A stretch of DNA of 20,000 nucleotides, taken from IMG/VR virus record IMGVR_UViG_3300037247_000623; one strand, given 5' to 3'. The notes beneath the pieces are model-generated. The model saw only the letters and a program-made list of their open reading frames with translations, searched no databases and was not told the origin of the DNA. Made by a program: the position numbers and the translations under genes. The stretch comes from an uncultured virus (IMG/VR IMGVR_UViG_3300037247_000623) (lineage: Duplodnaviria; Heunggongvirae; Uroviricota; Caudoviricetes). Below, one piece after another: positions 9,132-17,547 of the stretch (position 1 is its first letter; each line of letters begins with the position of its first letter).

Positions 9132-9143
9132 ACAGTGCTCCCT

Positions 9144-9416
9144 TTAACTGACCTGTTTTAACGTTTCTTTTAATTCTTCTCGCCAAGCGGCTTCGTCTGC
9201 TACTTGTTGACGTGCGGTATCTAAATCCTGTTGTAATTGTGATAAAGTGATTGGAAGCCGCGATCCGTCAACCGCGCCGAAGGTCACAGTCTTCTTAACT
9301 GACACGCTCCCGATAATTGCTTCTAGTAGCTTGAATGGCGGTGCGCTAGTTGTTATTCCATCTGTATCCGTAACTTGTACTGCTTTGCCGCGCACTGTGA
9401 TTGTCATCGTCGGCAT
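9144..9416 (-). CDS. Hypothetical protein (90 aa), possibly fibre-associated / assembly chaperone
   Basis: Start re-called to the ATG at 9416 (MPTMTITV), which overlaps the fibre stop (TAATG) and has GAGGGAG upstream. It lies directly downstream of the fibre gene. Confidence 0.6.
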   Translation of the reverse strand: MPTMTITVRGKAVQVTDTDGITTSAPPFKLLEAIIGSVSVKKTVTFGAVDGSRLPITLSQLQQDLDTARQQVADEAAWREELKETLKQVS

Positions 9417-11107
9417 TAACTTACTCCCTCTATCCAAACCTCATAAATTCTTCCGTCAAGACTCCCTGAAGTGGCGGTTGGGCCAACACGGAGCCTCAGC
9501 CGGACTGTGATTTGAGAAGTATTTGTGCTTAGTGGCAAAGTAACTGAATCGGTTTGTAAACTGCGAGTTGTTCCGGCACTAAGTGTATATATATCGGTAT
9601 CTGAGGTGCCGTCATTCCAAATCAACCGGGCGATGCCACCGCCGGTGTTGATCGAATTCGTTTGAACTTCATTTCTAACTTTTAATGTTAAAGATTTCCA
9701 TGAAAGGAAGGCAGAGGGAAAATCTAAAACCTCGACAGTTGCCTCATTAGTCCCTGAGTCGCCGTTTAGCCCTTGGGTTGTACTCGTGGAGGTATCCCCG
9801 TCTCTGGCATTAGTCGAATTACTAACGGACCCATTCCCCACTGTGGTTGGGGTATCAGTTGCCGGACTCAGCCTAAGAGACTGCCCAAATTGTGCTCCTA
9901 CTCCACCGTCATCATTCCCTATTGTGTCTCCGCCCCCATTTGGAGGAGTAAGAATGGAGCCGACAAAGAATCGATCATCGTCATTAAGCGCAGTTTCTTT
10001 GATGGTTGCGGCGTTAAAGGTTACAGATCCTCCTGCCAAAGTTGCATCGTCGTAGTAAATGTAGTGCAGAGTAGCAAATGATAGACTGGTAACACTACCA
10101 GAATTGATACTGACATCGGTAGCACCCACTCTCATTGTGAAAGCGGCTATGCTAACTGTTGCGGTAGCTCCAGCATCGGTCGCCGTCAGCGGGTTACTCG
10201 TTGGGCGGTAACTACCATGACCAGGACCTAGATTTTCTAGACTAGTAATGTCGGCATTATCTTCAGGTTTTGTAGCTCCATCTACATCAGCGAAGTCTAC
10301 GCCCGTCCCCGAATTACTCGCGGAGGAACTTTGTGTGCTCTCTTGATTCGCTGTGTTTAACGCCGTAACCCAGTAGAAAAAAGTTGTGCCACGTCCGGCT
10401 GTCTTATCAAAGTAGCCAGGATTGCCTGTTTTTGTCACGCCTACGTTGGCTATAGCACTAGAACTCCCAAAAATATCTGCCGTGTGGCGGTGTACGTTGT
10501 AACCAGCAAGGTTTGTTTCAGTGCCAAGGGTCCAACTGAGCTGCACTCCTAACTCTTCTTGATTTGCGCCGAGTCCACTCGGGGCGGTGGGGGCGCTAGC
10601 ATTCCCGTCCAGAACACCTGTCTGATTTGGGGCCAAACTCCAATCTTCTCGCGTTCCTCCAAGTGTGTTCTTTGCAATGAAGTAGAAAGTAACCGTTTCT
10701 CCGGTTCGTTGAAGTTGAACATTAAAGCTAGCTGATCCTCCTGCCGCACCAGCAAAGTTATGTTCCGCTACTTTGACGAGTTCTGCTGACCCTCGATAAT
10801 CTTCAGCGACTAAAAAAACTCCAGCAAAATTCCCGAGAGGACTTGGTGCGGTGTATGTAGCAGTAACCTCACTCCACACAACTCCGTCAACAGTGAATCC
10901 ACTCTCCGAAATTGAAGGACTTGTTATCTCCGCCGGGACACCAACATCCGTAGCGCTTTCGTCTGCGGTAGTTTGGGCGGCGGCGGCAGCTTCTCGGCTT
11001 TGTTCTATTCTTTGCCGAAGCTCCTCTTCGTGATTTTCAATTCCATCTGCCCATTCGTTAAGTACGCCTACCTTTGTATCCTCGAACTTCGACAGTCTTA
11101 AAGGCAT
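9416..11107 (-). CDS. Tail fibre/spike protein with FN3/Ig-like domains and a possible C-terminal carbohydrate-binding beta-sandwich
   Basis: N-terminal coiled coil. FN3-like pattern PTAPSGLGA..VQLSW..LAGYNVHR..YFD..FFYWVTALNTANQES. S/T/G-rich. C-terminal NARDGDTST motif is discoidin-like. It follows the nozzle gene. Confidence 0.75.
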   Translation of the reverse strand: MPLRLSKFEDTKVGVLNEWADGIENHEEELRQRIEQSREAAAAAQTTADESATDVGVPAEITSPSISESGFTVDGVVWSEVTATYTAPSPLGNFAGVFLVAEDYRGSAELVKVAEHNFAGAAGGSASFNVQLQRTGETVTFYFIAKNTLGGTREDWSLAPNQTGVLDGNASAPTAPSGLGANQEELGVQLSWTLGTETNLAGYNVHRHTADIFGSSSAIANVGVTKTGNPGYFDKTAGRGTTFFYWVTALNTANQESTQSSSASNSGTGVDFADVDGATKPEDNADITSLENLGPGHGSYRPTSNPLTATDAGATATVSIAAFTMRVGATDVSINSGSVTSLSFATLHYIYYDDATLAGGSVTFNAATIKETALNDDDRFFVGSILTPPNGGGDTIGNDDGGVGAQFGQSLRLSPATDTPTTVGNGSVSNSTNARDGDTSTSTTQGLNGDSGTNEATVEVLDFPSAFLSWKSLTLKVRNEVQTNSINTGGGIARLIWNDGTSDTDIYTLSAGTTRSLQTDSVTLPLSTNTSQITVRLRLRVGPTATSGSLDGRIYEVWIEGVS

Positions 11108-13057
11108 CTAGAACCTGTGTAATGGAGTGAAATCTAACGCAAAGTAATTTAGGAGTGGGTCTCCAACGGCAGTTGATATAAAGGTGAACCGATAGAACTT
11201 GTCTTTCGTGACCTTGCCTGCTAGATAGACCTTGAAATCACCAAGAGGGCTGGTAACTAAGCTCGCACCTGAGACTACCGTGGTCGGAGAAGCGAATTCC
11301 GCTTGAGTTGATGCACTTTCGACTGTTACGGTCATGGTGCTGTCCCCGGTTAAGACTTCCAGTTCATTAAGCAGCTTACGTGCTGTAGGATCACTTAATG
11401 CCAACCAAGGGGTTCTAATAGTTGCGGTAAAATCTACTGGTGTATCTGCTACTCGATCTTTAGTGTCTGTAGAGCGGAAGTGGTATTTTTTTCCGTTAGT
11501 TCCCGCTGTCCACAGCCATTGTGGAGTTCCACTTGAGTTGATATTGTGTAGCATAGCCGTTACCTTGTCGGTAGGTTGCCAGACATACCACGTCTGATTC
11601 CGGAGATCATAGACGCATAAGGTTTCGGGCTCTGTATTCGCGCCGGTAGGTATGGCTAGAACATAAAAATCGTATGGCCCTTCTGCATAGAAAGTAGCAT
11701 GTGCTTTTGAAGCCTGAGAATCGTTGATCGAATCAAGCACATCTTGAATTGGCGTCCCGATGTCTTTATAGGTGTTGAAGTCGCTATAGACAACACGATG
11801 GTCGGGAGCTAACCAAATCACTCCAGCAGGGGTTCCCTCCCTAAATACGGATCGCCATACTTCTTGATTCAGAACGCCGACTTCGTTGAACTTGATTTCA
11901 GGCTTTGAGAAATTTTGTGGGCTATCTCCCAAAATTACTCGAACGTGCCGCTCCGTGCCGACATAGAGTGAGGAACCATTAGATAGGAGCCCCGATATGG
12001 ACTCAGCACCCTCGGAAATATCCAATTGGAAGGTTGCAGGCCACGCCTCCTCATAGCGTCCTGTAATTGTCCCGGTTGAGGTTGTAAGCTCTCCAATGCT
12101 CTTAGAAACGTTGATAAACTGGCCGTTAGCCATGACCAACCGTCCCCGATGTTTTATGACGTGTGTGCCATCTGGCGGAGGATCGTTATCCGCTACTCCA
12201 TGCTCTACTCCGAAGCTGTCGGTTTCTAAAAAGACGTTGTTTGCTAGCAGAGCAAGTTCTGTGACGTTGTCTGTGAGAGTTGTCTGCGCGTTGGGTATAT
12301 CACCCAAGAAGTAGAGAATGGTTTGGTTGCCTCCGTCCGCCGTCGCTAGAATAATCTTCCTATCTACTTGCGAGTCACCCGAAACCTCGATATTGCTCAG
12401 AGGAATGTCCTGTGCTGTGATAGGCCCGGTGGTCGCGCTAACTGGGTTCAATCCGCTGTGGTGCCCTGTAGTTGCATTCTTGAAGACGACAAAGTAGTTG
12501 CGGCCACTTACTAGCGTGACTGCCCCACCAACAGGTGCTCCGACTGAGATTGCTGTGGTAGGAGCGGTTATACCCCACTTGGTAAGCCCCCCGCTATCCG
12601 AGCCGTCCCATTTTTGAGCGTCTGCTGCTACTTCGTCAAGAAAATAGCCAAAGTCTCTGGATGCGACCATTCTAGGACTGACTGCACTAGCAGAGGGAGT
12701 AAAGAGGTTCTGGATGAAGGTTCCATCTTCTTGATAAACTGCAACTCGATTATTAATTCCTCCTGACCCAGAAGCATCTCCAGCGGTGTATACTATACGC
12801 CGAGTCCCGTTTGCATCATCTTGGTACTCAAACGCTCGTCGTGCTATGAGTAGGTTCGATGCGTTACCCCAGAGAGTATAGCCCCATCGCCTACGAAGCA
12901 CGCCCTCCGAGGCGGGAGGATGTACATTCGTCAACAGCTCAAAACTGTCGGGGTTTTGTGAAGGCGGATCGACGAAACTATCCTGATATGCGCCATTAAA
13001 GGACTGTCGGAGCCACTGGAAGGACGCTTGACTTTGAATAAGTCGAGACTCAGGCAT
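11108..13057 (-). CDS. Tail nozzle / packaged-DNA stabilization protein (P22 gp10 / T7 gp12-like), 649 aa
   Basis: N-terminal LLTNV..GVLRRRWG motif, beta-rich propeller-like body (HRGRLVMA, LCVYDLRNQTWYVW) and C-terminal IRTPWL..DPTARKLLNELEV. It lies downstream of the adaptor gene. Confidence 0.75.
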   Translation of the reverse strand: MPESRLIQSQASFQWLRQSFNGAYQDSFVDPPSQNPDSFELLTNVHPPASEGVLRRRWGYTLWGNASNLLIARRAFEYQDDANGTRRIVYTAGDASGSGGINNRVAVYQEDGTFIQNLFTPSASAVSPRMVASRDFGYFLDEVAADAQKWDGSDSGGLTKWGITAPTTAISVGAPVGGAVTLVSGRNYFVVFKNATTGHHSGLNPVSATTGPITAQDIPLSNIEVSGDSQVDRKIILATADGGNQTILYFLGDIPNAQTTLTDNVTELALLANNVFLETDSFGVEHGVADNDPPPDGTHVIKHRGRLVMANGQFINVSKSIGELTTSTGTITGRYEEAWPATFQLDISEGAESISGLLSNGSSLYVGTERHVRVILGDSPQNFSKPEIKFNEVGVLNQEVWRSVFREGTPAGVIWLAPDHRVVYSDFNTYKDIGTPIQDVLDSINDSQASKAHATFYAEGPYDFYVLAIPTGANTEPETLCVYDLRNQTWYVWQPTDKVTAMLHNINSSGTPQWLWTAGTNGKKYHFRSTDTKDRVADTPVDFTATIRTPWLALSDPTARKLLNELEVLTGDSTMTVTVESASTQAEFASPTTVVSGASLVTSPLGDFKVYLAGKVTKDKFYRFTFISTAVGDPLLNYFALDFTPLHRF

Positions 13058-14199
13058 TAGGACCCAGGGAGAAGAGAGAAGTCAAAGCTCTCAATCGAAG
13101 GTAGCATGTTACCCAATGTAGCCGAATCAGGCCGAACATAATCTGCGCCTCTTGGAAAGAGGTGCTTGTTGTGGATCATTTGGCGGATACCGGCAGAGAA
13201 GGTGCTAAACCACTCTCCAGCATCTTCCTTCCTTTTTAGGTACTGAGAAGCTAGGTAGTTGACTCCTGCAATAACTATATCTTTGTAGCGGTCCGGGATT
13301 TGGAGAACGTCTGCAACCAGTGCGAGTTGCTTCGGACTTTCGTAGTACCGGAACTCGATGACGTATCCGCCAAGAGTTGACAAACTGTTAGTTGTTGGAA
13401 GCGCGGCCCCGGAGATTAATCCTGTATCTGGTTCTTGCCAATCCCCTGTGATATCAAGAGGAGAAGGTGTTTGCTTGGTTTCTGAGCCCTCAGTTTCAGA
13501 GGCATAAACATTGAAGCGGTCGTAGCTTATGCTTTTATCGTTAGTCGTGATTCCAGGTTGCGGTGCCTTCACTAATGCAACGTCGCTTGCGGCAAACAGC
13601 CTCGTAGCTGCAGGAACCGAAGGCGTCGATTCATTTCCCTCTGTATCTACAAAAGTTGTCTTAACGAAATAGGTTCGTTGTGAAAGTGCTCCAGAGGTCA
13701 CGGACTCAAGTATGGGGGTGGGAGGCTCTGGCTGAAAACTATTCTGGTTGTCTGGTGCAGGGTAAAGATTGATAACGTCTGGTGTGTCGGGATCGTGCCT
13801 CCACAAAGCAAGTCGAGCTGGCCTAGAAGTTGCGTCTCGCAAAGAGAGAGTTGTAATAAGTGGAGATTCAGTTACTCTCAAGAGAGAGCGAAAATTTGAG
13901 CGATCAAAAACGCTTCCCTGTTTTATGACATCTAAATCCGTAAGATTAAGTCCAGTATCTACTGTCCCTGCTGGATTGGAGCCAGCCGCACCCAACCAGT
14001 AATCAGTTTGCTCTCTAAGAGTAATAAAACGCTTGACAGGGGCGAGGAGGAATTGCCAACGTGAGGCTCGAAGGAGTGTTTGGTTGATTCGGTTGGTGTA
14101 GTCAATTAGGATTGCATCATCGGCAGGAGAAGTCAGGATGTTTCGTATATCTTGCGCGACTCCGTCTAGGATATTCTGGACTGTAGTAGTGGCTGCCAT
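13057..14199 (-). CDS. Head-tail adaptor / tail tubular protein A-like (380 aa) with an internal beta-sandwich insertion
   Basis: Adaptor-like motifs TVQNIL..LIDYTNR..WQFL, INLYPAPD, IEFRYYESPKQL..DVLQIPDRYKDIVIAG. It lies upstream of the nozzle gene. Confidence 0.7.
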   Translation of the reverse strand: MAATTTVQNILDGVAQDIRNILTSPADDAILIDYTNRINQTLLRASRWQFLLAPVKRFITLREQTDYWLGAAGSNPAGTVDTGLNLTDLDVIKQGSVFDRSNFRSLLRVTESPLITTLSLRDATSRPARLALWRHDPDTPDVINLYPAPDNQNSFQPEPPTPILESVTSGALSQRTYFVKTTFVDTEGNESTPSVPAATRLFAASDVALVKAPQPGITTNDKSISYDRFNVYASETEGSETKQTPSPLDITGDWQEPDTGLISGAALPTTNSLSTLGGYVIEFRYYESPKQLALVADVLQIPDRYKDIVIAGVNYLASQYLKRKEDAGEWFSTFSAGIRQMIHNKHLFPRGADYVRPDSATLGNMLPSIESFDFSLLPGS

Positions 14200-14664
14200 T
14201 TACTTTCCGTTCATGTACTTCGCTAGCTTCTCTTTACCACGACTCCAAACTGCCAAGCCCGTAGCTGCACCAAGCATGGTGATTGTTTGAGTGTCCATGA
14301 GGATTGGTTTGAATTCGGGGAACCAAGGTAGGAGAATGAAATTGTTGATCACGTACCCAGCTAAACTGTAACCTAAGAGGGGTCGCCAGCCTTTCTGTAG
14401 CCAGTTTCCCTCCTTAAGCTCCATACGAATAGTTGCATTTACCTCTGCAATGCGCTTCGCATCTGCGTTAGCTTGAACAACTGCGAGTTCCTGCTTATTT
14501 GCCTCCCTCAGCCGGGACAACTCAGCCTTTGTCTCGGGAGACATCCCCTTACCCTCAAGCAAGTTGAATGCTTTGTCTAAAACTCCGACGCCTGGAACTC
14601 CCGCAACACCTGCAACATTTAGTGCAAATTTGCCAAGCTTCCCGAATAGATTCTTAGCTCCCAT
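14200..14664 (-). CDS. Holin, 3TM (GTA-holin-like) family
   Basis: NWLQKGWRPLLGY motif followed by two hydrophobic helices and a basic end (RGKEK). Coupled (TAATG) to the endolysin gene. Confidence 0.8.
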   Translation of the reverse strand: MGAKNLFGKLGKFALNVAGVAGVPGVGVLDKAFNLLEGKGMSPETKAELSRLREANKQELAVVQANADAKRIAEVNATIRMELKEGNWLQKGWRPLLGYSLAGYVINNFILLPWFPEFKPILMDTQTITMLGAATGLAVWSRGKEKLAKYMNGK

Positions 14665-15137
14665 TATGCTATCCTCTTAATAACGTGTGTATAGCCTGTC
14701 GCTCCGTGCGTCGCCCCTACCATCTTGCGCCTACGCGCAGTAGGGGAGATTTGAATGTGAATGCAGTCGTCCCACTCGTGGCGCTCTTCTCGGCCTCTTT
14801 CGAGGATGACAGTGTCAAATGGGATGTTGGAGTCGAAAGCTAGCCAGTTGAAAGCCTCTTTGAGAGGTCCCTCCATCTGAATGTCCACTGCACAACGACC
14901 ATCCTCAGCCATGTGTGCGCTCTTGGGCGCTCCGCCTACAAGCGCGTTCAATTCCGGGCCTCGATAGCCACTTGTAACCTTGATAGGTTTGCCTGAGAAC
15001 GCAGCCCGTAAGGGCTCAAGCACGAAGATACACAACCACCTCAGCCGCTCAACAACCGCAGGGGCGGGCCTATTCTCCACGCCCCGACTGTTCCGAGTGA
15101 ACTCTTCGAGATTGAAATGTGGTGATAGTTTAGCCAA
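14664..15137 (-). CDS. Endolysin, peptidase M15 family (Zn D-Ala-D-Ala carboxypeptidase-like), about 157 aa
   Basis: Motifs LSPHFNLEEF, TSGYR..LNALVGGAPKSAHM, AVDI and CIHI supply the H/D/H zinc ligands. Start re-called to the TTG at 15137 (MAKLSPHF), an 8-nt overlap with the upstream gene; the 15251 start would overlap that gene by about 120 nt. Confidence 0.85.
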   Translation of the reverse strand: MAKLSPHFNLEEFTRNSRGVENRPAPAVVERLRWLCIFVLEPLRAAFSGKPIKVTSGYRGPELNALVGGAPKSAHMAEDGRCAVDIQMEGPLKEAFNWLAFDSNIPFDTVILERGREERHEWDDCIHIQISPTARRRKMVGATHGATGYTHVIKRIA

Positions 15138-15453
15138 CAGGCACTTCGTACTTGCTACCGAGTTGCTTCTTAATCGCTGAGTTGTCTGCGAGATCCTGAA
15201 GTGCTTTCTTATCGATCCTCGGCGAGAGGATCCGGCGAGTCTGATAGTCATTCACCTTAATTATCCTCCGAATCTCTTCAGCGATAATGGGGGGAACGAA
15301 ATACTTCTTACCGGCGTAAAAGCGGTCTCGATTGATCGCAACAGATGGATACTCAAAGTCTAGAACATCTTTCTCCGGGATCTCGACGTACTCCCAATTT
15401 GACTTATCCTTAAGCTGTTCTTTTAGTATGTTAACTTCTCCTGCTTCTGGCAT
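15130..15453 (-). CDS. Conserved hypothetical phage protein (107 aa)
   Basis: ATG with AAGGGAG SD. The pattern VEIP..SVAIN...AGKKYFVPPIIAEEI recalls small proteins encoded near capsid genes of this type. Function unknown. Confidence 0.7.
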   Translation of the reverse strand: MPEAGEVNILKEQLKDKSNWEYVEIPEKDVLDFEYPSVAINRDRFYAGKKYFVPPIIAEEIRRIIKVNDYQTRRILSPRIDKKALQDLADNSAIKKQLGSKYEVPVG

Positions 15454-15470
15454 GTTTCTCCCTTGTGAGG
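15446..15470 (-). repeat. Copy 1 of a 25-nt dispersed repeat spanning a translation start
   Basis: Plus strand tctggcatgtttctcccttgtgagg; 23/25 identical to 19511..19535. Confidence 0.7.
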
Positions 15471-15506
15471 ATTAAGCTCGTCTTGTGGACGGAGGCGGTA
15501 GGTCGC

Positions 15507-15701
15507 CTAGCCTTCTGGATTGAATGAACCCTGGGGGATACTGTCAACGCCCGCTTGGAAGCGCGCATTTGGTCCCTGTGCAGGGTCAAACGGAGTCGGA
15601 CTAGAGGTTGCCGGTTCTGGCGCTTCGTGAACGAACTCGAAGGTCAGTTGCGGGTTTCTGTCGTCCGCTCCCTGGTAATCGGTGTAGGGGATTGCTTTCA
15701 T
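15507..15701 (-). CDS. Hypothetical Pro-rich protein (64 aa, MKAIPYTDY...)
   Basis: Start re-called to the ATG at 15701, in context TAGGAGTAAAAATG where the SD overlaps the GT2 stop codon. Confidence 0.65.
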   Translation of the reverse strand: MKAIPYTDYQGADDRNPQLTFEFVHEAPEPATSSPTPFDPAQGPNARFQAGVDSIPQGSFNPEG

Positions 15702-15709
15702 TTTTACTC

Positions 15710-16393
15710 CTAGTAGAATTCTCCGTGGTATTTCTTTAGCAAAGCAACGTCCTTCTTGTAAGAGGCGTCGCGGTCGCTGCCGGAGAAAGTGTTGATGGTT
15801 CCGTGCCAACGGTGCTTGATAACGGTTCTGAGGTCTACCGCTAAGCGGAAGCCCAGCTTTCTAGCACGAAAGCAGTAGTCTTGATCCCATCCTGAAAAAT
15901 ACTCTTCTGAGAAGTAGCCCACCTTCTCTAAACAGTCTCGTGAGAACATAGCGCAGTATGGGAAAATCATTGGAACGTCAAACAATTCGCCGTTCTTGGG
16001 CGCGCCTGCCGACCTTGCTAGCTGCCAGCCCCCTCCGTTGTCCACACAGGATGCGGCAATACCCACCCTCTCTTTATCGAAGAGCCTTCGCATACCTTCC
16101 AGCCATGCCGGTACAACTTCTGTATCGTCGTTTAGAATGACGACGTAGGGTGCGGTACTGTAGGCTAAGAGAATGTTGTGTCCCTTAGCTGGACCGAGAT
16201 TCTTGTCAACCTCTAGTGCGATATGGGGCATTCCTTGAAGTGCTGCCTTGGCTGCACACTTCAGTTCGTAGGGTGCCCCGTTACTCAGCCAAATGATTCT
16301 ATAAGACTGGCTGTTCCTTTTTACAGATTCTAGGCACTTAATTATGTCTTCTATCGGCCCTGCTGTGGGGATCAGGATGTCGTAAGTCGGCAT
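15710..16393 (-). CDS. Glycosyltransferase family 2
   Basis: Canonical GT2 pattern: DILIPT..IKCLESV, NLGPAKGHN, YVVILNDDTEV (DxD-type), VGYFSEEYF..WDQDYCFRARKLGF, IKH. Confidence 0.9.
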   Translation of the reverse strand: MPTYDILIPTAGPIEDIIKCLESVKRNSQSYRIIWLSNGAPYELKCAAKAALQGMPHIALEVDKNLGPAKGHNILLAYSTAPYVVILNDDTEVVPAWLEGMRRLFDKERVGIAASCVDNGGGWQLARSAGAPKNGELFDVPMIFPYCAMFSRDCLEKVGYFSEEYFSGWDQDYCFRARKLGFRLAVDLRTVIKHRWHGTINTFSGSDRDASYKKDVALLKKYHGEFY

Positions 16394-16803
16394 ACCCTCT
16401 CTTTTATGTTCTTCGTTGAAGCCCGCTTTGAATAAGGAAAGTAAACCAGCTCAATTCCGTTGTCCACAAGGAAGGCGTCTGTTAGGCCCATCTGCCTCTT
16501 CAAACTCTCCCCCTTCCAGTCGTCGCCGTGGATGATATGGGTTGGGGCGACACGAAGTATGGCTAGAGTCGAATCTTCACAGCCATCATTCACCTCCACC
16601 ATATCCACATACCGACAAGCAGCCATTACTGCTGCCCTCTCCGATAACTCCATAATAGGTCGCTCGCCCTTGTACCTCTCGCAGAACTCATCGGTGTTCA
16701 ACGCTACAACTACTTCATCAAACTCAGATTTGGCACGTGAGAGCAAGAACACATGGCCTATGTGGAAGAGGTCGAAAGTGCCCCCGATGTAGGCTCTAGT
16801 CAT
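16372..16803 (-). CDS. Cytidylyltransferase, TagD / glycerol-3-phosphate CT-like (HxGH superfamily)
   Basis: Motifs GGTFDLFHIGH, VVALNTDEF..YKG.RPI..ER, CRYVD, HGDDW and PYSKRASTKNI. Confidence 0.9.
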   Translation of the reverse strand: MTRAYIGGTFDLFHIGHVFLLSRAKSEFDEVVVALNTDEFCERYKGERPIMELSERAAVMAACRYVDMVEVNDGCEDSTLAILRVAPTHIIHGDDWKGESLKRQMGLTDAFLVDNGIELVYFPYSKRASTKNIKERVCRLTTS

Positions 16804-17437
16804 TTACAATCTCCGGAATATAACACGTTTCCTGGCCCCCTGCATCCAGGTGCTCGAAGTAGACCTTCTGCAATTGCCCTACCTCATAGCCCCCATTCTT
16901 AACAGCCTGACAGTAATCCCAATCGTTCTGTCGGTTGTACTTGTGGTCTACAACTACTGGCACGCGGAAGGGAGAGGTCCGACAGCCCTTTCTGATAAGT
17001 AGAAAGCCTCCAACTCCCTGTACTGCCCGCACTTCGTTGTCTTGAAATCCATGAGAATATGCGTAATCGCAACTCTCTTTCCGCAGCCCTAGAATGCCGA
17101 ACTGTGGATGTCCCTGCATTGCATCCGTGGATGCCCGCAACCAGTTCTCGGTCTTGGGTATGCAGTCGTCGTCAACTAGAAAGTAGTATTCGCTGGTAGC
17201 GAGGGTCTCCGCTAGGAGATACCGCCTGTGTGTGCTGCCCGCGCGGGGGTGAGGCACGAGGTTGAGGCCCAACTCCCTGAAATGTGCGAGTTGTCCCGGC
17301 GTGGAACCCGCATCCATCAGTGTTAGTCTCAACCCCGGCTCTTCCCTTAATCTCTTAATCACTCGCCGGGACATAGCTATTCGTCCTGGCGTTAGGTCTA
17401 GCGTGGCAACGAAGCAGTCAATCACTACAACTCTCAA
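16796..17437 (-). CDS. GT-A fold glycosyltransferase (GT2-like), divergent
   Basis: Motifs LMDAGS, YYFLVDDDCIP..WL, GGFLLIRK, NDWDYC..GYEVG and YFEHL. The TTG start is uncertain. Confidence 0.75.
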   Translation of the reverse strand: MRVVVIDCFVATLDLTPGRIAMSRRVIKRLREEPGLRLTLMDAGSTPGQLAHFRELGLNLVPHPRAGSTHRRYLLAETLATSEYYFLVDDDCIPKTENWLRASTDAMQGHPQFGILGLRKESCDYAYSHGFQDNEVRAVQGVGGFLLIRKGCRTSPFRVPVVVDHKYNRQNDWDYCQAVKNGGYEVGQLQKVYFEHLDAGGQETCYIPEIVND

Positions 17438-17534
17438 CCTTCTGTCCGCACCTTTTGCAAACCCAAGTACACGGTGTCCGTGCCTCCAGTTCGCCGTCGC
17501 ACAGAAAGCAGATTCGCTTCTCCTTTACTTTCAT
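17418..17534 (-). CDS. Small zinc-ribbon protein, 38 aa (MKVKEKRICFLCDGELEARTPCTWVCKRCGQKVESCSD), not in the ORF track
   Basis: Translated manually: ATG at 17534, TGA at 17420..17418, SD context TAGGAGAAAGAATG. Six Cys including CFLC and CKRCG. It overlaps the start of the next gene. Confidence 0.75.
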   Translation of the reverse strand: MKVKEKRICFLCDGELEARTPCTWVCKRCGQKVESCSD

Positions 17535-17547
17535 TCTTTCTCCTAAT

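Noticed and set aside
9144..9720. Apparent AT-rich patch at the fibre tip suggesting recent acquisition
   Set aside because: Spot counts were inconsistent (19/60 GC at 9661-9720 but 35/60 at 9601-9660), so there is no clear compositional shift.
15138..15251. N-terminal extension of the endolysin in the ORF track
   Set aside because: It overlaps the 107-aa gene, and M15 similarity begins at KLSPHF, so TTG 15137 is preferred.
15702..15809. N-terminal extension of the 100-aa ORF
   Set aside because: It lies almost entirely inside the GT2 gene, and ATG 15701 has a clear AGGAG SD.
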